Origin: Marinicella sp.
GTDB taxonomy: Bacteria; Pseudomonadota; Gammaproteobacteria; Xanthomonadales; Marinicellaceae
Reading direction: 5' to 3'
Assembly: GCA_965230295.1 (NCBI GenBank)
Contig: OZ246001.1
Location: 896,001-960,000 of the forward strand
Length of the DNA: 64,000 bases
Below, piece after piece: positions 29,258 through 39,700 of the stretch. The first letter of the stretch is position 1. Every line of letters begins with the position of its first letter. The position numbers were made by a program, and so were the translations under genes. The notes under the pieces were generated by a model. The model saw nothing but the letters and a program-made list of their open reading frames with translations, ran no database searches and had not been told where the DNA came from.

Positions 29258-30679
29258 ATGAAAAGAAAAACCAAGATCGTTGCCACCCTGGGCCCAGCCA
29301 GCCAATCTCCCACTCAAATAGAAGCATTGATTCATGCTGGTGTGAATGTGTTCCGCCTGAATTTTTCGCATGGTTCAATCAAAGACCACCAGGAAAATGT
29401 GAATAACATCAGGGAAGTCGCAGCCAAACTCGGTGTATTGGTTGGCATTTTACAGGATTTACAAGGGCCAAAGATCAGAGTGGGCAAATTCACCGGTGGT
29501 TCGATTGAGTTGGCCGACGGTGAATCTTTTACCTTGTACCCAGATAAAAATAAATTGGGTGATCAGCAAGGCGTTGGTATCAGTTACCCCCAGTTGTATG
29601 CTGATGTTAATGTGGGGGATTCGTTGTTGTTAGATGATGGCAAATTGATCTTAAAAGTATCGGCTGTTGATAAGCAGATCATCCACACCACCATCGCACG
29701 AGGTGGGACTTTAAGTGACAAAAAAGGCATCAATGTACCTGATGCCGATTTGAGTATTGCGGCGGTGACTGATAAAGACATTGCTGACATTGCCACTGGC
29801 GCTCAACTGGATGTTGATTGGGTTGCTTTGAGTTTTGTTCGCAACCAAAATGATTTATTGATTGCCAGACAACACCTTGAATTGAATAACTCAAAGGCAA
29901 AGCTGATGGCTAAAATTGAAAAGCCTGGCGCCATTCGTAATTACAAAGAGATTTTGCGTACTGCAGATGGCATCATGGTAGCACGAGGCGACTTAGGGGT
30001 AGAGTTGTCACCCGAGAAAGTGCCGATGTTACAGAAACGACTGATCAGAAAAGCCAGAGAGAAAGGCAAACCGGTGATCACTGCCACCCAAATGCTGGAA
30101 ACCATGACTGAAAATGCCATTCCAACCAGGGCTGAAGCCAACGATGTGGCCAATGCCATTTTTGATGGTACCGATGCAGTGATGCTTTCTGCAGAAACCG
30201 CCACGGGATCATATCCGATAAAAGCAGTTGAGACCATGGATCGCATAGCCACCACAGTTGAATCTGACAATGACTACAGAAAACGCATGCGTGAGCGGAA
30301 ATTCAAAGCAGAAAAAAACACCCCGGATGCCGTGTCATTCGCAGCGTGCAACATTGCCACCACACTGGCTGCTGAAGTGTTGTGTTGCTTTTCCAGCTCA
30401 GGTGCCACCGCATTGCGGGTTGCCAGAAATCGCATTCACACCGACGTGATTGCCATTTCACCCTCTATCAAATCATGCAACCAGCTAACTGTGTCATGGG
30501 GCATCAACCCGGTCTTAAGTGATGATGCCACCAGCACGGATGAAATGGTTAAGATTGCCAACCAAGTCATCATTGATCAAAAAATGGCCCAAACTGGTGA
30601 CCAGTTTGTGATCACTGCTGGTGTACCTTTTGGACACTCTGGCACCACCAATTTGATTCGTGTGGAAACACTGGACTGA
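29258..30679 (+). CDS. pyk: Pyruvate kinase
   Basis: TKIVATLGPAS, RLNFSHG, DLQGPKIR, AKIEK, MVARGDLGVE, ATQML, DAVMLSAET. Confidence 0.97.
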   Translation: MKRKTKIVATLGPASQSPTQIEALIHAGVNVFRLNFSHGSIKDHQENVNNIREVAAKLGVLVGILQDLQGPKIRVGKFTGGSIELADGESFTLYPDKNKLGDQQGVGISYPQLYADVNVGDSLLLDDGKLILKVSAVDKQIIHTTIARGGTLSDKKGINVPDADLSIAAVTDKDIADIATGAQLDVDWVALSFVRNQNDLLIARQHLELNNSKAKLMAKIEKPGAIRNYKEILRTADGIMVARGDLGVELSPEKVPMLQKRLIRKAREKGKPVITATQMLETMTENAIPTRAEANDVANAIFDGTDAVMLSAETATGSYPIKAVETMDRIATTVESDNDYRKRMRERKFKAEKNTPDAVSFAACNIATTLAAEVLCCFSSSGATALRVARNRIHTDVIAISPSIKSCNQLTVSWGINPVLSDDATSTDEMVKIANQVIIDQKMAQTGDQFVITAGVPFGHSGTTNLIRVETLD

Positions 30680-30707
30680 TCATTTTCCCGATCATCAATC
30701 ATTCAAT

Positions 30708-30749
30708 GGGCGTTGATGTGTACAACCACTGTTTGGCTCACCAACGCCC
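30708..30749. terminator. Possible hairpin between convergent pyk and the giant-protein operon
   Basis: GGGCGTTGATG...CACCAACGCCC inverted repeat; long loop and no clear T-tract. Confidence 0.35.
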
Positions 30750-30768
30750 TGATGAATGATTTTAGGCA

Positions 30769-33700
30769 TCACCTGTTGGTTTGATTGTCATTTAAAACAG
30801 GTCCCCAACTTTGATCAGGAGTTAACATTTCGGGGAACTGAATATATTGACAGAGTCCACCAAGAGCATCAATCACCTCTGTGCAAGATGTCGATTGATC
30901 CAAACCCTGACCCAATCTCTGGATTTGCATGATGGGCGAACTCATACTGAATTCATAAGGGTTCAAACCTGCATCAGTACCAACCGGATTGCTCTGCAAA
31001 TAACGGCCAATTTCAGGGTCATAATCGCGCCAGTAATTGTGGTGCATGCCCGACTCTCCGTCATCATATTGCCCTGATGATCGCAAGTAAAAATGAAAAT
31101 TGCTGCCATCACCATCAACATCTTTTTCAGGACTGGTGGTACCAAATGCATCAGACTCCAATGACCAGATCCTTACTCCAGCATCGTTGGTGATCCAACG
31201 TGGTGCATGCAAATGATCCGTTTGGATGTAGTAAATGTCATCATGAGTCATGCCTTTACTTGAATAAAACTTGCGAATTTGAGCAATCAATCGATCGCCT
31301 AAATACACATTCTCTCGATCCCAAATGTGCTGGCCATTCTTGTATTTTGATACATGAACCAAACGACCTTGCTCATCATACAAAAACAGGAATTCTCCAG
31401 CCAATGCACCATTGGTTTTGTTGTGGGTCTTGTGGACCCGCTCACCCAAGGCATTGTATCGATACACGGCCCTGGTGATAACACCCTGGGTGTGGGTACT
31501 CATGCGATTGGCTTGATTGTAAATCCACTGTTTGTCTCCAGTGTGATGGGTTTGCAAGGTGTTGCCATTGGCATCATATACCCGGTTTGCACCAAAGTTA
31601 ATCGACATCAAACGATTGCTGTTGGGGTCAATGGTGTAATTGGTGATGATGGTTTCAGACTTATTGCCATTCAAACCACCGTTGGAACCCCCATTGGCTT
31701 TGGCCGATGGGTTACCCCCTGCTTCACGCATGATTCGATTGCCTGCCTTGTCATATGAATAAGTCGTATTCAAATAATTTTCACTGGTCAATCGATCCAA
31801 TCGATCATAGCTGAACCAATCGTTATTGGTCGAGATTTCTCTGGTGACATAAGTGATGTTGTGGTTGTTGTCATGATTGAATGAAGCCGTCACATCGACA
31901 CCATAATTGTATCCAGTCATTCGATAACCATTGTCATACAATGCGTTGTAATGCTGTCCATTACCAAAATTAATCGATTCGATCGGTCCAAACGGCAGAT
32001 AACTGACACCTGTGATTAAGGAATCAGTGATTCCAGTTGGACTGGTGGTGGTGATTCGTTTAACTTGATTCAGGTCATCGTATTCGTAAGCCAACGTCAT
32101 ACCTGATGGATATGACATGCTTGCCAGACGGTCATAAGAATCATAACTGTAACTGATCGTCAGATCATTGAAAGCTGCATAGCTGGTGGCATCAAACCCA
32201 CTGACCTCTTGCGCTTTACTCAACAAATTTCCAAAGGCATCATAAGTGAATGCAGTCTGTCCACTTTGATCAATGAAGCCGGTCAGTTGGCCAAGCCCTC
32301 CTGCACCTTGGTCATAGAAGAAATAATTGTCCAGGCTGCTGTCAGCATATTCCACCAAAGTCAAACGATTTCTGCCGTCATAAACCCTTTCAACCAGATG
32401 ACCATTGGCATCTGTCTTACTGACTTTATTGCCTGCCGCATCATAAGTTTGATGACTGGTTCCACTGTCAGGACTGATCAAGGTGATCAGATTACCAAAA
32501 TCATCGTAATGGTGGGTGGTCACATTGCCCCTGGCATCGGTGGTGGTCTTCACCCGGTCAGCCACATCATGACTGAATTGAGTCATGGTGTTGGCCGTTG
32601 CAGGGACAGTACCCAAATAATCTTGAGTTTTTTGGGTCAAACGATTGAGGCTGTCATAACTGTAATCAGTCGTCACCCCTTTACCGTTGGTGTAGCTGTT
32701 CAAGTCTCCATTGCTGCTGTAATCGTAAGTCACAGAAACACCGGATTGTTGTCTACTGGCCAAGTATCCATATGCATCAAACGATTGGTTGATCACTCGA
32801 CTGGGTATCGAAACACCCTTACCAAAGGATTGTTCTGACAACAGGTTTCCTTCACTGTCCAATGTGTACTCAATGCGGTTGTCGGCCTCATCAGTGATCT
32901 GTATCAACCGCAATGCATCGTCATAAGTCAGACTCAACCTTGTTGCTTTCGCTGTGCCATAATTCTCAGTCACAGAACTGAGGTGTCCGGTATGCAGATA
33001 GCCATATTGGGTCACCCGAGTTTCGGTGCCAACAGCCATGTATTCAGATGAGGACAACAGCCTATCTGTACTTGGTTCATAAGTGTACTCAATGGTCACA
33101 CCATTGGGCCTTTGCTCTTCGGTTACTTTTCCTGACGCTGACCAGCGAATCTGATCTCGTTCAACCAATCCACCAGGACCAGTCACCCGTTTCAGGCGAT
33201 TCTGCCTGGTTACCACAGGATTGTCTTTGGCATAGTATACGTAGTCTGTCTGATCAATGGCACCTGGTCTGGGACCATCATCCAAGCTGATTTGATTGAA
33301 AGGTCCTGCATAGGTATGAGCGACTGATCGGCTGATGGCAGTGCCATCTGGTCTGAAACCGCTGCTGCTGACAGACGTGACTTGACCATAGTTGTCATAA
33401 ACATAAGAAGTCACTTTGTTTTGACCATTGAAAACCGACGGCTCAGAGATACTGGCAACTTTGCCGTAGAATCGAGAATCATAAGTATAATCAGTGCGGC
33501 GTTCATGAGCACCTACACCAGGTTCATCGGCCTCTATGCGATAAGCAAATTGGCCCTTGGTGTCATAACCCCCGTAGGTGGTTGTGGTGCCTTCGTTGGT
33601 GTGGCTGATTAAATTGTTTTGAGCGTCATAATCGAATGATTCATTACCCAGTTCACAGCCAGAACATCCCGGACCACTGAAACTCTTCAAGCGCCACAAG

Positions 33701-36700
33701 TCACCTGATTTCTCAACTTCAAGGCTGCTCACAGCATCCAATGAATTTGTCAGCGTTCTGTTGATATCAGATGTATAAGAGATCGAAATTCGATTAACCC
33801 CATTGGCCAACTCACTGGAAATCAAGCGTCCCTGACCATCATGAACGAAGGTACTGTAACGAATGCCCCGTTGGTCAGTGATGCCGGTCAATAAGCCAGG
33901 ATGCTTACTATTTTCATAATGGAAGATCTTGCGATTCAACCTGAGACTGGACGGATAATTGATATGAGTTATGTTGTCCTGAGTATAAGTAAATGTCCAA
34001 CCACGACTGCTGCTGTCGGTCACACTGTTGATCCTAATAACCGAATCAATCACATCAAAGAAAATGTTGATGTACAAACCATACTCGTCAGTAACACGAA
34101 TGTGATCACTGTTGTGAGTGACTCGGATTCTTTCTCCAGTGTTCAATCGAATTTCATTCAAACGACCCTGTGAATCATAATATTCTTTGTCACCATTCTT
34201 GGCATAAAATGTCCATCCTTTGCTGGTTTGTTCCAAACCGCTTTTCACATGATTGGTGGCCACCCAATTAAATTGCAACCTGTAGTATTGATAGATACGA
34301 CCGTCAGGACGGGTCACATTCACCCACTCAACACCAGATTCATCCAAATAAATACCTGACACGCTGCGGTTGTAATCATGGGTCCAACGCATGCCTGTGT
34401 CACCATGGACAGGCTCTCCAAAGGCATCCACCTCTGTGTGTGAGTTATAAGTCACACCAAATTTCAAACCATGGCCCAGTTTGAGCAAGGGTTCATGGTG
34501 ATGGTGGTTACCAGTGGCCACATTGATCGCTTTGGCGATCACGGTACCGCCACCCTCACCCATGGGTGACATGGTTTGGGGACCCTGGTCGTCTTCGTTG
34601 ACACAACCTTTGTCTGTATTCAAATAAGAACCGACCGGGCAACTGATACCATAGTAGTATGTAGCTTGGTGGTCAATTCCATTCACTTCCGGCCAACGCA
34701 AGAAGCCATCATAAGACCAGTGTGGATGTTCAGCACCGGCATCAGAGTGAACACAAACCTGATCTGGTTCGGACACTTGTGCTGCCGCCATGTTACATAA
34801 AACTTGTGCTTTCGCCACATTTTCACTCAGGTAGTACACCTCAATTTGTTGTGGTACATCATCATCCAAATTAACCAGATTAGTCACTTCAGGAACCACT
34901 GCTGCGTAGGCTACATCAGTACTGTTGATGACATATGTCAGATCATAATTCACGTCATAATCAGTGATTTCATCATCCAGCCCAACCACTGTCAGTGATT
35001 GACTTTGTGACCAATCGGATGGCGTGAAAGTCAACTGACTGACTGCGATTTGTGCTTCGGTGGCGTCTGAAACATTGAAATCCAAAATCACATCAGCCGT
35101 CGGCTCAACTGACAAAGACACATCAAATTGCGCTTGTAATTGTCCCGCTTCATCGGTTTCAAAGCCACTCAGATTGTTCATGATTACAGCAGCCACATCA
35201 TCATCGATGTTGGTCACACTGACCACAGCCATTGCAAGCCCGTCATAATGACCATCTGTACTACTGACAGCGCCATTGATTGTGTAATCAACATCGCCAT
35301 CAACCACGCCATCGTCCACACCAGTGATCAGCACATCTTGGGCCACATTCCAATTGGCAGCAGTGAAAGTAACACCGCTGTCAACTGTGCCTTCTGAGAC
35401 ATCACTGCTGTTGAAAGCGATGGTCACATCGGCCTCTGGTTCTGAATTCAAAACCACACCAAATTTGGCAGTACCACCTTGCTCGGAGGTGGTCAGACCA
35501 TTCACAGGTAAGACCGTCACACCTGCCACATCATCATCGGTGTTGGTGGCATCAATGGCTGGAATTGCCAAGCCATCGTAGCTGGCATCTGCGCTGCTGA
35601 TTGTGATGCTGACTTGATAGTTTTGATCACCATCAATCAAAGCATCGTCTTGACCCGTTAAGGTGATGGTTTGTTCGGTACTCCAGTTGACTGTGGTAAA
35701 GACCAATCCAGTCGGTGCCACCAAGGCTTCTGATGCATCAGAGCTGTTGAAAGTCACCGTCACGTCAGCGGTAGGTTCAGCCGTCAAACTGATGGTCACA
35801 TCAACCGAACCACCGGCTTCACTGGTTTGCAAAGCCCCTTGTGGAGTGATGATTAACCCTGTGCTGTCATTGTCTTCATTGGTCAAATTAACATCTGCAA
35901 TGACAATGCCTTCGTAATTGACATCGGTACTGCTGCTGGTGAAGCTCAATAAATAAGCTTGGTCACCATCCACCAAAGGATCATCTTGTCCGGTGATTGT
36001 TACCACCTGTGCTTGATTCCAATTGATCGCATCGAACACCATCAAGCTGACATCTACAGTGCCTTCTTCTTCATCAGAACTGAGCAAAGAGACATTCACT
36101 GCATGCAGCGGTTCACTGGTTAAAGTAACTTCAAACTGTGCGGTACCGCCGGCTTCAGTGGTTGTTGTGCCACCAATCGCAGTCACAGAGACTCCGGCTT
36201 GGTCATCATCCGTGTTGGTCAGGCTCAGCGCATCAACCACCAAACCATCATAATTAACGTCAACACTGCTGACTGCCGTATTGATGTCATAGGTCACATC
36301 ACCATCAACCACCGCATCATCTTGACCGATCACATTAATGACTTGTGGCGTGTTCCAATCCGTTGAAGTGAAAGTCAACTGGGCAGGACTGACCTGTCCT
36401 TCGGTTTCAATCGAACTGGATAAATCCAAAATCACATTGTCAGACGGTTCTGTCAACAATGTGACTTCAAAACTGATCACATCACCTGTTTCAGAAGTGG
36501 TAGAACCAGCCAAAGCGGTGAACAGTACACCCGGGATGTCATCATCGACATTGGTCACTTCAAGATCGGCAATTTGTGTGGCAGCGAACTGGGCATCGGC
36601 TGATTGTATCGGACCAAATTGCAAAGCGGCCACCTGATCACCATCCACCAAGGTGTCATCCACACCGGTTACCGTGATGGCTTGTGGTAGCGACCAGTTA

Positions 36701-39700
36701 TTCAAATCAAACAACAATTGACTCACATCTGTTGAAATTTCACTGTCGTCACTGACCGTCACAGGTATGATCACATAATCTTCAGGCTGTTGTACCAGTG
36801 TGACATTGACCGTGGCCTGGTCGCCAGCTTCGCTGACCGCATTATCAACAGCCAGAACTTCAATCACCGAGGCATTGATTTGCAAAGTCTCTGTGCTGTA
36901 ACTGACCACCGATGAGGAGCCATCTGAGATTACGGCATACAAATATACCGCATTTCCAGCCAAGGCACTGATGTCCCAATCATAAGAGTCATCACTGTTT
37001 TCAGACAATCCGGCCACAATCAGCACACCATCGGAACCACTGTTGTCCAGATCATAGTACAAATCGATGTTGGCATCCGAGTCGGCATCACTGGCCAACC
37101 ATTCAATGCGGAAATTACTGGCCGCTGTGCTGGTGGCTTGTTGTAAGGAAACAAACTCAAAAGCAGGCACATCATCCACCAGATCATCAATCACAAAAAC
37201 TGACTGTAACGGAGAAAAGGGTGTTTCAGAACCGTCACCATTCAAAGCTTTGGCTTGCCAATAGTATTGGTTGCGATCGGTCATCGCCGGACTCAACGCC
37301 ACGGGCTGATCGACCACTTGTGATGAGAACAACACCGTGGCATCGGCATCTTCATAGATGTCCACTTGGAAAGTCTCGGCAAAACCGGTGTATTGATCAA
37401 TAGCGACCTTCAACTCTGGTGTGACTGTGGAAACCCAGCTTTGGTCGGCCGGGTTAACCGTTTTAATCAAAGGCGCACCGCCTAATTTCTGGGTGGTGAA
37501 TTGGCCGTATTGCCAACGACCGTAGCGGAATTCAGGGATCTTATTGCCCCGTGCTCGCCAATAATAGACTGTGTCATCAGTCAAACCAGTCACTGACCAA
37601 ATGACTTGTCCCGAGACATCAGTTACTTGAGTGAATTGTTGAATACCAGGTGATGTGAAATCTGGTTGCACATCAATTTCAATATCGATAAACACATCCA
37701 GTGGCGCATCCACAATCAAATCCACATCTACTCCGGTCAACGCTTGGTTGACCGGGGCATTCAATTGGTAACCGGTTTGCGGTGAAACGTTAACTCCGCT
37801 GGTGAATTGACTGTCCGCACACAACACTTCGTTGTTACCATCGGTTACTTTGGCGGTCCAGAAATAATCAACAAAAACTTCATATTCATTATAAGGCTGC
37901 CAGCTGCGCAGCTGACCTGAGCTGGCTTGTAACCAACCGGAATCAGCCAACATGATTGTTTTTGCAGCATCTTCAAACACTTCAAAACGATATTGCAAGG
38001 CATCGCCTTCGGCGTCCAGGCCTTGATTCACAGACAACTCAACGACGTTGTCATTGACTGACAAGCCAGCCTCAGGATACTCCAACCCACAATATTCAGG
38101 CGCGTTGTTCGTGGCACTGAAGAAGAACTCATCGTATGACCAGTTACTGTAGGTGACACCGTCAAACGCCCTTACCCGCCAAATATAACGAACATCTTCA
38201 GTCAAAATTTGACCGTGTGCCCACACGGTGGTGCTTAATTCAGATTCGTCAATGGTTTCGCTGAAGAACAGGTTCTGTAAACTGTTCTCATACATCTCGA
38301 ATTCATAGACCATGGCTGCGTCCACCGCACCCACTGAATTGACAATCATGAATTCAGTGGGCTCCACCGCCACTTGAGCACCTGCCAATGGGCTCTCAAT
38401 CACCACCGCTTGGGGCCGGTCTTCAACCGTAGGATTACCACCATGATCATGTTCTTGTTTATCTGTGGCACTGTCCTGATCAAAATCACCCGTGCCATCT
38501 TCATCCAAATCGCCAAAATGCTCCATTTCCCAGGCATCCAGTAATCCATCACCATCGGTGTCATCCGGGTCTAGTTGGGAGATGATCAATTGCACATTGA
38601 CATCCTCATCAACGGTGCCGTCACTGGCCCTGAACGAGGCATTAAAAGTGCCCTCAGCATCGGGGGTCCAATTAAACTGCCATGTACCCGATCCGGTGGC
38701 GGTTAAGCTTGCGCCTACAGGCAGACTCAATGGCGTCAGGGTCAACACATCCTGGCTGTCGTCATCGGTGACCAGAATATCGAAACTCATGGCTTGATTC
38801 ACATACCCAGTTTGCGGACTGGTCACCGCCACTTCGGGTCTGGCATTGGGTTCCAACCCATCAAATATCACTGTGTAAGTAACCGTGTTTCCATTGTGGC
38901 TGTAACTTTCATAAGTATCAAACAAACCGATGAAATAAGTGAAAACGCCCGGATCGCCCTCCACTTTGTATTGCCAAATATTTTCAGTTGGCAACACTTT
39001 ATTATCATCACGAATCGCGGTGATCATTTGCGGGATGCCTGCATAATCATCAGGCCAGTGAACAAATACTGGATCACCGTCTATTTCCGGAGTCACTGTC
39101 ACTGTCACAAAGCGTCTGTCATTGCTGACGCCGTTGTCTACAACTGCACCCTCCCCCAGTATTTCCAAATTATCTACCCGAACATCCATACCATTGGATT
39201 CATAGACATATAAAGTGTCTCCTGAGAAGGCCAGAAAATCAGTTACCCCATCACGGTCGGCTTCGGCCACTTTGACTTTGTGTAATAGGGTATGAGTTTG
39301 GGGTTGGCCGTCAATCAGGGAAGTTAACTCACCCCCTAAATCATCGGAATGAACATAATCTGCGCTAAAATCTACAAACTGGCCAGTCAATGAAGTCGTC
39401 ATCTGCCAACTGACCATGGCACTTTCCTCAGATGGCAACGTCCCAATGTCAGCCAGCAAGGAAGGCACAACGGGTTGGTCATTCACTGATGTACCTAACA
39501 ATGTAAAGTCAATCAACAGACCCTGATTATTTTCGGTGATGGTGGGTTGGGCCGATTCAATTTTCAGATTGGTGGCCTCACCATCGCCGATGTTTTTGAC
39601 GCGCAACCCCAGGTCGAATGGTTCTGCCGGTTCTATGATCGGTGGTGGTGTGTTGGGATCATCAGCAAACACATCAGCCGGCAGGAAATAATCCAGCTTC

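Noticed and set aside
30680-30768. Immunity gene downstream of either Rhs gene
   Set aside because: Only 89 bp here (to the convergent pyk stop) and 47 bp after the 1360-aa gene; no room for a credible ORF.
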